Positions 1 through 13,390 are shown, counted from the first letter of the whole stretch. The stretch: 63,983 nt of DNA, filler included, from Bigelowiella natans CCMP2755 (GCA_000320545.1; 6 parts of 6 records of this genome joined end to end with filler, not necessarily neighbours in it); one strand, 5' to 3'. A program made the numbers and translations. Notes: generated from the sequence alone by a model not told the origin.

Positions 1-699
1 GCTTTAGCAATGTTGATTGGCGGTAGCTATTTCATCTATTCACTACATCGACTGCGTGGAATGATCATGAAGACTCGACAGAACTTAGTATCAATTCCGA
101 TAGATAACCCAAAGAGTGGCACCGGTAGTAAGGGGACTAAGGTAGAGAACTCTTCACTCCGTATGGTGAAACAACAAAATGTGAATAAGATGATGAAGTC
201 ATCAAGAGACAATTCATTTAATCCCCCGGGTAGTCTGATCAGCGGGAATAGTCCTCGATTTTCAGCCGCGCCTTCTGGCGCACCTCAATCAGTGGATACA
301 ACCCACCAGGGTTCTTCTCATGAAAGTAAATATTCAGTAACATCGAAGAAGCAACTCCTTCGGATAGACCGATCTGTGTCAACAAAGACGAAAGTGCCAC
401 GAAAATCCAGTCCGCATCATTCCATAGGAACGGCGGATAATCATATCGCGAGCTCCCGCAATGATGTTGAGAAGAAAGTTCTGTTAAAGATGAAACGCTT
501 ACTTTTTGTCGCTTACACACTTTTGCCAACAATCTTTTTAGTTTCATTAGCTACCTTCACTATGCAGCTCCAGGCTAGTGAGACATACAGTGAGATAATT
601 GAAACAGAGAATAGAAGATATGACCCCTTCTTCGAAATCATCACGTTTGCTGCCATACTGACTACTGGGGTATTTTTGTACTATGCGTTGGGAAAGTAG
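1..699 (+). CDS. 3' exon of a 7TM/GPCR-like membrane protein (TM5, long loop, TM6, TM7); 5' part lies outside the window
   Basis: The ORF has a hydrophobic segment (..LIGGSYFIYSLHRLR), a ~150-aa Ser/Lys-rich loop, then two hydrophobic segments (LLFVAYTLLPTIFLVSLATF; FFEIITFAAILTTGVFLYYA). It has the same layout and similar motifs to the downstream gene at 1694-3513. Confidence 0.7.
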   Translation, partial: ALAMLIGGSYFIYSLHRLRGMIMKTRQNLVSIPIDNPKSGTGSKGTKVENSSLRMVKQQNVNKMMKSSRDNSFNPPGSLISGNSPRFSAAPSGAPQSVDTTHQGSSHESKYSVTSKKQLLRIDRSVSTKTKVPRKSSPHHSIGTADNHIASSRNDVEKKVLLKMKRLLFVAYTLLPTIFLVSLATFTMQLQASETYSEIIETENRRYDPFFEIITFAAILTTGVFLYYALGK

Positions 700-869
700 C
701 ATTTCATGACTAGATGACAGTCTCAAAAGGAATGTCTGTGCGTTCGACATGGTGTTCGCTGTCATCTTTTCGATTTGCATCATGGCAAAAATGTGGCCTC
801 AAGTGAAATTGAGCATTGATTTCGCAAAAATGCGCATTTTATTTTTCAAGAGACGGTTGTGTTGTCACA

Positions 870-1270
870 AGCTAGCAAGATTGGAAGGTTTGCAATGATC
901 TGACCGCTTTGATCAAACAGAGTGCAGCCGAGAGCCCTGGAGCTAGCGACTCGAGAGCGAATGCATGTCTAGATGTTCAAAGTACAATTGATGCAAGTCA
1001 AGTGCGAACATCATCAAATCGAGGCAGAAGCTGATCAACTGCAAATTCACACACACAGAATGCAATCACTTGTCACACACATGGCCATGTGAACAGCAAC
1101 ACACGCTCTCTCGTTGTGAAGAGTGAAGAGGTTGCTGTCTGCAATCATGGGAGTTCTGCATGATCACATTCATGATTCGATTTCCAGCAAAGGTGAATCG
1201 AAAATCGTTCTCGAGTGAGAACAGATGAAGGAAGCAATTCCAACTGTGTGCCCTGCATGCAAATGCTCCA
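870..1270. other. palindromic-word-rich block downstream of a gene 3' end
   Basis: Dense GCTAGC, TGCA, CATG, TCTAGA and TGATCA after the stop at 699. Confidence 0.6.
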
Positions 1271-1693
1271 AAATGAACCTTGTTAGGATTGCTTCATTGT
1301 GCTGCGGCAAATTTGTTAGAAAATTGAATGCGAATCTCCATGTGCGACACAATCAAAACGATGTCTCAGCTGAGTTCTCCCTGGCACTTGCTCAACAGCG
1401 CTCAAATTGTCTCAGCGAGCCCTTTCGTCCGGAATTAGCTTTCATTGGTGCACTTAGCGACAACGCAAGAGAGAGGAAATTTGCCGAAATGGCGCGGCTT
1501 TTCCTTTCTGGTTTCCTCAAACGTTCGTTGGCCAATCTTGCACTTGCACTCAAACCATGTACAATGTGCAACTGGGGGTTCAAGAAGGCTGAGAGGTATT
1601 TTTAGACGCGACATGATTCTGCTTAAGTCGTAGGTGTGAAACTATTGGAGATTCCAGCCTGAGAGTCTCACTCGGACAATTTGTGCTGGGAGT

Positions 1694-3513
1694 ATGGATG
1701 GCGGCGCGCATTATCTTGGCCGAGAGAGGGGTGACCTTACCTGGATCATATCAGGTGAGCACTAAAGTTCCATTTTGCCCTTGGTAAAATTGGACCGAGA
1801 TAACTCATACCCGTACAGATTCTGTAAAGATTGGGTTAGCCGGCCTTGGGCTCTGCTTTAATGTGCTACAACTAAAGAGGGATGCAGTCATGACCAAGAG
1901 AAGGATTCAGAAGCTTATAACATTGGAGTTGATTTTTCTCATATCTTTATTTGCGGTAACCTACATGCATTATGTGTGTGATAGATATGTAGAAACAGAA
2001 TGCCTGTTTGTGCACAGAGTTCTCGAGAACCATACTACGGAGGATGGCAAAATTTTCTCATCTTAAGCGCGATCTCCGATGCTATTTTGTTGTGCACTGG
2101 TCTCTACACGGTTCATGCAGTTGCTGTTGCGAAGAATAAAGCTGGAGAGATGGAAAATTCTTCATTGAAGTCCATGAATTATATATTTATCTCTTCAGCA
2201 ATTCTTTACGTAGTCCTGCAGGTTGCTGCGGTAAATCAGAAGATGTTTGCTCGATACCACATTAAGAACTAATGTTCCAAATAACCACAGATGTCTACAA
2301 CACTGATCCTAGATTTTCGCTGGATAGAAGGCATTCGCCACTTTTCCAGTGCTTTTCTCTCATTACTTTCGGCCATATTCGTACTTTACTACATTCGAAG
2401 CCTTCGAGCCATGGTATCTGACCACAGAGAGAGAATGTCGGTTATTTTTGATCGTGGAGATGAAGAGCGGTTAAAAAAAGAAAAAGTAGATATGGAAGTG
2501 AAGGTATGCAAATTCATGTTCGTGCTGCTTCAAATCTAATGGGCCATCTTTGTACTAGAGTGCGTCAAGGAGGCATGGAGCCGATGATGAGGTAACGAAG
2601 GAAGTTACAAAGGTATATAATCATTTAAGACTACTTCTGATCCTTATTGAAACGTTTGCATCAGAGATCTCACTCAGTTGTCAAGGATAACCATTCAGCA
2701 AGCGATTTAACTACTAGAACGGAAACTAATTTCCGGTCTAAAATAAATTCCACGATTGAATACAAACTTGTAAAATCTGGAGTAACTGTCACATTTCCCC
2801 CTACTCCACTCAAAACTCAAGTTTGTGATAATGCTGCTGTGGAAGTTCTTGCTCAGCCTGTAAAACAGAAGTCGGACAACTACAAATCCGTGCATAACCA
2901 AGTCACACAAATAGTGCAAAATGATCTTACATGCCCTGAAAAGCATGTAGGGATAGCACAAATTTACTCTTCTGTATCAGCCTCTGATCATCAAAATGAA
3001 CAACAAAAATCATTGAGTAGTACTACAAGTGCTTCTGCAGCATCCTTCACTCCTAATTCATCAAAAGTAATCAATAATCCGAGAAGAATTAAAAATTCAC
3101 CGTGTATGATACGAAATTCTAAGATTTCTCCCGGCAGTGTGAAGCATTCAAGACCCTCAAGTGTAGCTGATATGAGAGATGCCGCAAAAGCTGCACGAGA
3201 AAAGGTTCGGAAGAAAATGGAGGCAACAACGAGGAAATTGACTTTTCTTGCTGTCGCTCTCCCATTTAGCTACACAATGTTGTGTTTTGCATTAGCTTGG
3301 CTGATTATAACCTTTTTGGTAAATCCGAATGCAACATTCAGTAGCCAAGTGAACTCAATCAGTATTAAATATAAAGCATCGTTGGATTTTGTACTATACT
3401 CCCAGTTAGTTCTGCTAGGAGTTTACCAATACTATGCTTATGTACCACCGCCATTACAGCCACATTCAAGGCCTGCATCACAAACAGAGTCTCCTCGTGC
3501 TGGTGATAATTAG
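1694..3513 (+). CDS. 7TM/GPCR-like membrane protein with a very long third intracellular loop (6 exons)
   Basis: Exons joined in frame across short GT-AG introns (about 1755-1819, 1956-2018, 2231-2290, 2504-2558, 2613-2664) give seven hydrophobic segments: IGLAGLGLCFNVL, LITLELIFLISLFA, FLILSAISDAILLCTGLYTV, YIFISSAILYVVLQVAA, AFLSLLSAIFVLYYI, LTFLAVALPFSYTMLCFALAWLII, FVLYSQLVLLGVYQYYA. Confidence 0.75.
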
Positions 3514-4106
3514 GTCTTGGTTATTGACATACGGGATTATTTAGGCCATCTGCCCGTTTGTTGTACATGTAGACATACATTAGAGAACACAGCGAATTTC
3601 ATACTGTATGAAGAAGATGCAGAAATATTCATGTAAATGAAAGAAATTGATCTTAAAGTTGAAGCGTTGCGTATCTACATCGTTAGCATGATGCACCAAC
3701 TGCGCAAACAAGCGCAAACTTGAGAGACTGCTTCAGCGGCAAACAAAAAGTAAAAATTCGCTCTGCATGTGCAGCAGCATTTAAATGCGCTCTGCATGTT
3801 GGGTTGTTGCAGGTGTTAGCTTATTTTACACAACGTGCATTTCTTCATTTGCATTTTTCTGCGTTACATGTTTCACACAACAAGCCTTGCTAGCTTGCTT
3901 CCTAGCTTCGCTTCGGGTCATCATTGAAACTAAGACTGACGAACTATCGCCGACAAATTCATAATGCTTTTTCAATTCCTTAGCTAGTTAGTTTCATGGT
4001 AGAAAAATAATATAATAATCATTGTGGACTTAATAATAATAATTTCATGGTAGAATGCATAGCATAATAATCATTGCGGATTAAATTATAAAGTGCGAAA
4101 TAGCAC

Positions 4107-5597
4107 CTAGGCTGGTCTTTGAGTACCAAAACTATTTTTATACTCATCACGTTCATATCGTCGAAGGCTATTAACAGTCTCCATAATTGATTTCGACATT
4201 AGGCAAAAGGAAGACATTATTTGGGCGGGGGTAACAAGCTTAGATTCATTGTTTTGGACGATACGTTCTTTCATTGGTTCGGATGAGAGGTTCATTTCTG
4301 CACTGTTGCTCCTGGAGCTTTTCCCGACTGTGTTATTGGAATCACAATATCGCTCTGCTACTATGATATCCTCCACAGAACTTGCAGACTTCAGTTTCGA
4401 CAAGATAGTTCCATGTGATGAATGCGATGCAGGGTCCAGAACAAGGTGATACGAGAGAACAGCTCTTTGGATATGTTATATGCATGTAGACAAGTAAGAA
4501 CGTGGGAATGTATTCGGAATGCAAGCGGAAATACTGCAAGTAGTTCTCCCATACACGATCACAACTTAGCTGCCTTCTGTAAATCTACATTTCAAGAAAT
4601 ATGGAGTCAGAAGCTTACCTATTTTTCAATCGAGCGACAGAAAAGAAGCTGTGTCCTCCAGGGCAATTGTCGCGAAATGATATCTGTGTTGGACAAGTGA
4701 TTCGTCAGATAAGCAATTTGACGATGTAGGATCTCAAACAACCTGCATATTACAGGGAGAAAAGCGCTGGTGGTGGACCTGATAAATCAGCGATTTGACT
4801 TCCAAAAACCAAAATTGAACATAGTTGTGTTTTGGCGTTTTGGCGAGAGGCGCGTCTATTTCTAGCAGAGTGAAATCATGGTACGATGTTCAAGATAATC
4901 GACCTGAACAAATCGAGGTGCAAGCTTTCCGAACGCACATCCGGACTCCTCCTCCTTCATGCCGCCCCCGGCCTCGTGTACACACTCCACCCCTTCATGG
5001 CCAAATATCCCCGTCTCCATCTTTGCAATAGTGCGTATCATCGTTCGAATTATGTAGCTTCCAAAGACGGTTGATGAAACTACTTCATGAAACTTATAGA
5101 CCTACTACACCACTTCCAAAACTAACGTTTTGTGGGACTAAATCTATCAATCCTTGATCTACTTACTACCGTAAATTTGACGGCAGACTTATCCGCTTGA
5201 AACAGGCTCATCGAAGCTGGAAGCACCCAAGGGTGATACAGCAAATTAATGCAACGGTTTGAGCCACAGGTGAGCCTGCAGTAAGAAATATTTTGAGAGG
5301 CGAAAGTCACGTGACACAATATTGATGGAGGAATTCGAAAGGATCACCGTCCGCATTCCGCGCGCTTTCCTCGTACGTGTAACAACGCGGCCACATCAAG
5401 ATCTTGCACCACTATATCTCCTCCTCCCGATGATGGTTTCATACACCATTTTTGTAAAATCTTCTGTACTGCCTCGGGTAGAGCTTTATGCAGGGGCTCG
5501 AGCAATGCGGAAGATGGAGCGGAAATGCGCATGTGCACGAGGGAAACGTGGCCAAAAGGATTGTACCCATGAAAATCATAGACGCCTGAGAATCACA

Positions 5598-5644
<47 letters not shown>

Positions 5645-6240
5645 CAACGTGAATGTATACATTAATGAATGAATTCCATGTACTTGCTGTCAACCTAGAT
5701 GCGGAAGCTTGACTAGTCCCATTATAGGCATTATCCCCGTGGCAGCGGGGTCTCTCTTCAAGACTTTGTAATACTGTCGTGTTATACTTTTAGTATTTCC
5801 GCTACTCCCTGTGTCCTCGGAAATATACACACTTGTCGCCGCTTCGCTTGGCACACTTTCCCTGTTTCTGGTCTCAGTCTTGGAAATCGCCTTGTGAGTA
5901 TGTGGTTGGCGTGTAGATGAATTAGATGGCCCCTTTATTTCAACCTCAAAGGATATCTGGAAGGCCTGTGGATTCCTCCCCAGGATCTTGCGATTCTTGG
6001 AGTAGTACCCGTCGGAGCCTTACAGAGGAAGAGGAAGTTTTTTGGGATGCATGATGAGGATCGTAGCACAAACCGGTAAGACATATTCTCACCTCCTGAG
6101 CTTCGATCTGCCTCAACTTTCTCATCGGAAGCGTCTTTATCCTCGCAATTTTGAAGAGGTAACGGTGTGCCACAGAGAGAGCATACAGTTTGAGAAGGGG
6201 CGTTCAGCAGAGTGCACGCGAGACAAGCCCGGGACGCCAT
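4107..6240 (-). CDS. multi-exon protein with N-terminal RanBP2/NZF-type zinc finger; remainder unrecognised
   Basis: Starts MASRACLACTLLNAPSQTVCSLCGTPLP (CxxC-T-x-x-N-x6-CxxC). Several downstream GT-AG-bounded open exons follow; the last exon is ORF 4107..4403. Internal exon boundaries are only partly resolved. Confidence 0.65.
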
Positions 6241-6963
6241 TTCCTTCCATGACTTTCTCCGAATCCTCCTCGCTTCGACTAAACGACAGGTCTTTGAAGT
6301 TGTCGCTTATCGAAAATACCTTCATTTTCCCTTTTTTTTTGGGTCCCCGCATGTGCTCCTGACACATGCACATGTTGTGTAATTTTCGAGTTTTTGGGTC
6401 CTGAATGGCTGGTCTCAGGTCGAAAACCCAGGGAAATTCCGTATTTTTTTTGTTTTTCTTCTTTTTCTTTCTTCCTCTTGTTAAAAGAAGAACGTCGGCC
6501 GTCTGAAGGGACGCTCACAGAAAAATGCGCACCGGTCGTCTGTCGGATAGCGCTACCTGCTAGCCTGGCGCTCATACTTCATCAATTTCGTGACATGAAT
6601 CGCATGGTGATGCGTCTGCATGTTTGCATCGCAAAACGCGTTGAATCTGGGGTTGACCAAAACGCAAGCAATCAGCTTTCTGCATGAGAAGCCATCAACG
6701 CGTAGCGTTTGCAATTCGACAGTCATAGTTCTTGAAACACCCAATCTAGCAATGGCCCTGCATGCCTAGATGTGCAGTGCTGCGTGGCATGCACAACTAT
6801 GCGGCACTCAGGGATTGTGAGGCTGAAGCTAGCAAGCAGCGCCTGCACCTGCATGTGTGTGTGCTTGCGTGCATGCGTGCGTGTGATGTTCACTGCATGA
6901 GCTTTCCAGATTCATCATGAAGTCTTGATGAACAAATGTGTAAATTTCGATAACATGTCCTCA

Positions 6964-7855
6964 TCATGTCAGGAACGACATAAGCAAGATAAAAGTAATC
7001 AACAATATGAATGGTCCAAATGCAAACACTGTTCTATCCCAGCTGTTTCCGAAGATTCACCGAGTCGACATAACCCGGGTCCCCGCCAGACCAAAAATCC
7101 AGAGTGCAATGTTCATGTAAAGAAGTAAAACTAACGTCATGACTCAATGATGACAAAGAATTGAGATATCTCATTGCATCATACCTCACACTGTTTCCCT
7201 TTAATAAGACCAGAACGGCGGCTTGAAACCACCCTATCCTAAGGCCTGAGCAGCAGGTGCATTTGTGATATCATGATCGAAAAAGAAATGTTGTAATTTG
7301 TTGGGAGTACCTGCATTACGAGCGCATTGCGAGGTGTGGTGGTGGCAGTTTTGGCAGCAGATATTGTGCTGTGAAAGTAAGCCTTGGGTTAGATTTCAGC
7401 ATGATCATCATTCTCATCGCCACCACCATCATCATTCTCCTCATGATCATCATCCAAGTCATATATTCAAGAAAAGCTCCCCGCCATAATCATCAGCAGC
7501 CTCAACAAAGAACCAATTCTTTGTGTTTCCTACGAAAGTGCTAGGGTTGTGCCGCAGAAAGGGCACAGTCTGTGTTATGGCTGCCAAAAATATTCTTGTG
7601 TAATTTCGTGGTGAGTAGTACCATCAACCCAGCATACTTCCGATCGCCTTCAGCTACTGCACGGTCCCAGACCCTGATGTCATTGAGTGAAAACATGTTT
7701 ACACGAAATAAGTGTTTGTTGCAGAGGGGAGGGAGGGGGGTGAAACGCCAAAAACTGTTACTTTGCTGGATCCCCTCTTTCGCTTAGAACTTTAATGTGA
7801 TGTTTTTCCAGCTGCCAATACTATTTGTAATAATTGTCGGAGGAACAATGAGAAA

Positions 7856-7891
<36 letters not shown>

Positions 7892-8186
7892 CAAAAATAA
7901 TTCGTAAGATACCCGAACAACTCGACCAGTCATAAATCGGTTAGTATTCACGCAGTAAGGACCTAAATCCATTTGTGAGTCAGGAATTAATGGGTGAAAA
8001 TGATTGAAGATAAAGAGTCTCTTTTGTTCGTTCCATTACGAGCATACCGGCAAAATCATGAACTCTTCCGGCAGAATCGCCGATTCCCATGTGACCAACG
8101 CAGGGGAGGCACCACCTGTTTCGATCGCAACAATCGAATCAGGAATCGAATACACCTCTCTAAATCTGGAAGAATTGAGATCAACA

Positions 8187-8281
<95 letters not shown>

Positions 8282-8686
8282 CAAAGAAAACAAAAGGTAA
8301 AAGATGGTTGGACGTACGTGATGCATGGCAAGGGCCCCCAAACAATGGCGTAGGGATAGAGTTCCCTCTCTGTATCGATCTGATTGATGATGACGGCAAA
8401 TAAAGAAACGCTTTTCCTCTGCCCAATTTGTATAAGCTATACCTTAAGACAGGGTTCTTCTCCGTTGCAATCATCCACCATTTGTTTCAGCTCACCGTCA
8501 AGTCCTCCATGTAGACTCAACCCCTCTCCGCCCTACCCAAACACACAATGCCTCAATTACCACGAAACCTTAAATCCTTTTTTGAATTGTGTGGATGACC
8601 TCCTCGGCTTCATTCAGGTTCACGTCCGCCGCACAGAAGTGAAGGGGCTCTATATCGTGCTCCTCCTCCATAGCACGAGATTCCAT
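6964..8686 (-). CDS. TMEM222: TMEM222 / RTE1-like membrane protein
   Basis: Spliced exons give YPYAIVWGPLPCITWCLPCVGHMGIGDSAGRVHDFAGPYCVNTNRFMTGRVVRYWQL...VWDRAVAEGDRKYAGLMHNICCQNCHHH...FGPFILLITFILLMSFLT*. This matches the family motifs PYxxVWxPxP, GHMGI, DFAGPY and HNxCCxNCHxH. The start codon is uncertain. Confidence 0.9.
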
Positions 8687-9165
8687 AATGACTTCCGAGG
8701 GAGGAAGGAGTATCGTCAAGACTTCTTCTGGGTCTGCTTAATTCTTCAGATTGTTGTCAGTGATTCTTTGCATTTCCGATACGAAATTACATTGTAATTC
8801 CTACTTACGACAAACGATATAAGAGCAAATTAGAATAAAACTTAAAGCATTCGCACTGGAGAGAAAAAAGCAAGAGTTTCTTGAAACTTGCTGCTTTACC
8901 CTGTCAATTTTTCGTCCAACAAATACCTAATCACAGTTGGAGGGAATAAATTTTGGTAAACACTTGGATTTTCATCCTGCGACAATGAATCTTCCCGTGC
9001 CGAGAGAGCAAATCGGATCCTCGTGCGGTAGCGATCGCCGTCGTCGCCAGAGGCACGTTCTCGAGGTATGTAATGGCGTTTGGTTTTCTATATTCTCTCC
9101 TGAAACCTGGTGCTATATGTGAACAGTATCAGGATTAGGGCGACAGTGTCACTGGCGACCTTATC

Positions 9166-11083
9166 ATGCGTGGAATCGTTCAAGTAGCCACCAAACAACC
9201 AAGAACATTTATGTTTCAATTGGAGAGGAATGTGCGCGCGCGCGCGCGTGTGTGTGTGCGGCGTGTGATTTGCGTCTAATTAATGTCATTCACATTCTTT
9301 TAAACCCAATCTGGATTCGCGGTTGCCCGTATCTATCAGCGAGTCGCTTCTGCGCAGGTTAGAGAGAAAAGAGAGAAGGGGGGAGAGAGAGAGAGAGAGA
9401 GAGAGAGAGTGCAACAAGAGGAAATCTTTGAAGGAAAGGAATGAATATTCTTTAGTAATCATGCTCCAAGCGATGGAATGAGTAGTGAAATCGTCAAGTT
9501 CGCAGTTGAAATACTGATGGACTGCACAGTGCTCGATTGTCGCTGAAATGACCCCTGACTGCGTCCAGTTAACATCAAACTGTTTTAAGTACTGCTACTG
9601 ATCCTTCAACTTTTGTCGCATCATTCCATACGGCCTTGTTCTCCCTATTCAAGGTGAGCGTGGATGGAAAAGTGGTCTCGAAGATCGGCCGGTATATTCA
9701 CAAATCGTAAACTGATATATGAACGTATGCATATGCGGTGTCTTCAAAACTGCATGCATGTTACCTTCTAGAGGAGATTAATATCATCCGTTTCGTCTGT
9801 TTTTTCACACGCCTTTTTGTCTCTTTTGGCTGCTCATATCTGCGATTGATGTAATTGTTGCGATGGCTGCATCAGCGGCCTCATGGTACTTCTCGGCATC
9901 AAGGAAGGAGACACGACATTGGTGATGTTTCGCTGTGTGCTATGATTGTGAGCTAGTAATGCGAAACTCGCACCAGCCATCAAGACTTGATTCATATTTT
10001 ACTTTGTCCTCATAGATTTTCTCTTCCATTCTTATTATTCTATCGCTATCATTGTCGTCGTCGTCACCAGGATATGGAATATGTCTGCCGCAAACTCTTG
10101 AATATGAGGCTGTTTGATGACGATTCTGGGAAACCCTGGAAGTATTGCTACTGATATAACAATACTGCTGCGTTGATTATGTGCAGAAATTACCTGTACT
10201 GTTTTCTTCCTTTTGAAATAAAGCTTCGCTTTGTTAGATGTGAGAAACCCTTTATAGCCGTGATGCTGGTGTTGTACAGCGACCTCGCAAATATATTGAT
10301 TCCGCTTTCTTTTCCAATCTTTTCCAAGATTGAATTCTTCTTCCATGAATGTGTTACATCTGCAACAGACGGTCGGTGATGGACGCGGGCTTAGAGGTTC
10401 TTGTTGTGTCGCAATTCACTCTCTACTGCAAACTGAAGGTCTGGTATAATGCGAAAACGGCGATGATTTTTTCCGTGAAACTTTGTCAATTTCCACGTCG
10501 CGGGGAGAATTTACAATGTTTTTCAGAACCGTCAGAACTTCTTAGAATTGTTAGGCATTGGGGGGATACCAAACGTCCATCATTCCATCACCATAATCAT
10601 CATCATCATCATCATCATCACCATCACCATCATTTCGTTGTCTTCAATCTTTGCCTCGTAACTTTGCCAACATTACTTCAGTATTGCGGTCATGGTCCTT
10701 TCTTCTTCTTCTTCTTCTTCTTCTTCTTCTTCTTCTTCTTCATAATTAAATATGCTGATTCTAATTCCCTTTGCAGGGCAATAAGCCTGACTTCCATGCA
10801 GCAATGAAGTCGTCCAAGTGAGAAAAACCGCAACATCCGTAGTAGCGAGAGCACCATCTCTCCCACCTTTAGTCTCGATTCTACCACCCTCACTCCATCA
10901 AAGTAAATAAATCAAACGCTATTTTATACCCACCACGCCCCTTCACCTCCCCCTTAGATCGAAACCGATGTATGAGGGATTCCTAGACCTGGCTTCTAGG
11001 TGGTGCTGTGATGCTCCATGAAAACAAGGATCAGCAAAGAACGCCTTATTGCATCTGTGTGCGATATCGCTTTCATTGTCAGA

Positions 11084-11117
<34 letters not shown>

Positions 11118-12097
11118 CCCTTAGCGCGATGATACCCTTCTGATATGCTATTGGGATCTCGTCTGTTTGCAATCGTTGCGAGCAACAAATGATCTCCAAC
11201 TGAACTGCCTCTCGACTGATTCTCCTTTTCAATCAAGAACGTACCAAAACGACCGGATATTTGGAGGGAAATTCGGCGCAATGATGATGGTAGTAGCTAT
11301 TGTGCCATTTGTGTATACACCTTTCGTATCCACATTGATATTTAGTGGAAAAAAATCTTTAAAAAAGCATATGCCCAAAACACACCCTGATTTTTATATG
11401 CATTCAAAATGTCATGCTGATGTTCTGCGTGAGTCACCAAATGTGCGCTGCCTACATTGGACGACATGGCGAGTAGATGCCCCAACACGGCATGAAACAA
11501 TACCAATCAATACCGAAATAAGGTCTCGCTTGTGAATGACGGCCCTGTGACCATTGAGGTAGTTCCCCCATCCACGTACTTTTCACTCTCTTTGTATGAT
11601 AGGGGAGGAGGTGGGGGGGGGGGGGATGGGCTTTCATGATGATGTACTCGTGCAGCACTGCAGGAAGCACATCATCGCAGTATATGTTGTGAACAGTCAC
11701 CGTGGATGCATAATTGCATTGTACACTCTAGCTTCTACCTTTTTGTCATCGCCAGATATGCTCCGATGGTGTGAATCACGTCCCTTCAAAGAACAAGGAC
11801 AAGCGGAAAGGAGCGTCTGCCTCCTCTTCTCAGAAGAAGGCGAGCAATCGAAAGGAAAATGAGGTGAGCAAACTAGAGAGATCGATGTTCTCCTGTCTCT
11901 GTTTTCTTCCTTGAGCGCAACCTGCTCTTGCATCTCTTTGATTTCAGAGAAAAACCAATGGCGTAGGCAGAAAGGCAAGCAAGCCGGAAACCGTGGTCGA
12001 GGGTGACACTGGAGGGGAAGTTAGGCCCAAAGAGTCATCGCCGTCCTTGTCGCACGCACAGCTGTTTTGGGCACCCACGATGCTTCTGCTTTCATAA
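9166..12097 (+). CDS. DTD1: D-aminoacyl-tRNA deacylase 1
   Basis: Exons give MRGIVQ-RVASAQ-VSVDGKVVSKIG-GLMVLLGI...RKLLNMRLF...VLVVSQFTL...GNKPDFHAAM...GGKFGAMMMVSLVNDGPVTIE, containing the SQFTL and NDGPVT signatures. A Lys/Ser-rich C-terminal tail follows. The 3' end is approximate, and an upstream exon from 8985 is possible. Confidence 0.93.
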
Positions 12098-12139
12098 TAG
12101 TAGCAATAATAATAGCACTTTCGCTTGATGACAGATCTG

Positions 12140-12830
12140 TCAGCTGCGTGCATGCTAGCACGTGCCCCTTGGATCATGTGAAGCATGGCCTGTTTCTGCA
12201 CGCATGTGCATAGCACAGAATGAATTGTTGTGGTGGTGCGTGCCGTATCTCGATCGAACATACACGCATGCTAGCATGCGTGCAGTGACACTCGCATGAT
12301 CTGCAACAAGTATGCATCAGTTGCTGCGGTGCGTGGGAGGGAGCAGCGAGCATTTTAGAAGGATCGATGCATCGCAATGACATGATCACGTGTGTGTGAC
12401 TAGCATGGGTGGCGTTTGGGTGCACTAGTGCTGCACAGCTTTGTCCAGTACTAGCTATGGAGTGCATACAATAATCATATCATTGCAAGCTAGTGGGGAG
12501 AATGATCACACATGTTTGTTGAACCGTTCATGATAATCATGCGATGCGCTACGTGCAAACTACTAGACTAGCAAATGATGACATCGTCCATGTCTCAGCA
12601 CACCATGCTAGCATGATGCACAATGCACTGCGGTCTTCTTGGATGTGAACACATAAATGAAGCATATTCAAATGCTGGTAACTAGGTAACGCTGCTCCGA
12701 TGGCGTAGCGCCACATCATGTACACCCCACAATGCTTCTACCCAGCTAGCGGAGAGAATATGAGAGTGGGAGGCAAGACGTGTGACCCATCTAGTCATGA
12801 GAGCATGTCAGATCTAGTAGCGCGAAAATG
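12140..12830. other. palindromic-word-rich block between convergent 3' ends
   Basis: GCATGCTAGC, GCATGCTAGCATGC, ATGCAT, ACTAGT and similar words between DTD1 (+) and the 13-16 kb gene (-). Confidence 0.75.
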
Positions 12831-13006
12831 GTATATAGAATAGTGCTCTCCATGATGATATCAGGCACTGCGTGGTTTTACATGTAACAATACGTCTATG
12901 GGTACTTCTAAATGTCAATACAATCCTTTTATGAGTCAAGAACTAGACAAAGATACTCAGAATAAATAATAGATTCTTACACAGTTAACATCGTATTACC
13001 ACCTAA

Positions 13007-13348
13007 CTATTTTTTAGAAGTTTTATTGCCTTCATTCAGATTAGTTTTTTTAGTATCTGAAGAGATGCTGTCTTTGGTCTCAGATTCAGACTGCTTTTCG
13101 TGTGGTCGAGGTTCTTCCTCTTGTAGTTTTTCGGCCTCTTGTGGTTTTTCGGATGTACTGACTCTATGTCTCTTTTGAGGCACTGATGAAATTTCTCCAG
13201 ATATTTTTTCATCGCCTGCATGGTTTTCCCCATTCTCATTGTTTCGAGGTCTAGGCTCCTCCGCTGGGACTGTTTTCGTTACGGGATCGACTAAGCTTGG
13301 TAACTTTTCTTTGCCTTTGTTAAAAATAAACGTAGTATAAATATATTT

Positions 13349-13390
<42 letters not shown>

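Noticed and set aside
7043-7060. Apparent 18-nt nucleomorph-like mini-intron (GTGAATCTTCGGAAACAG, - strand) or TGA read-through between two hydrophobic stretches
   Set aside because: Its AG is simply the acceptor of a normal longer intron from about 7184, which yields a family-consistent TMEM222 C-terminus.
7994-8474. ORFs made of YIYI, CVCV, HTHT, poly-M/I/H here and throughout the window
   Set aside because: Translations of intronic microsatellites that lack stop codons.
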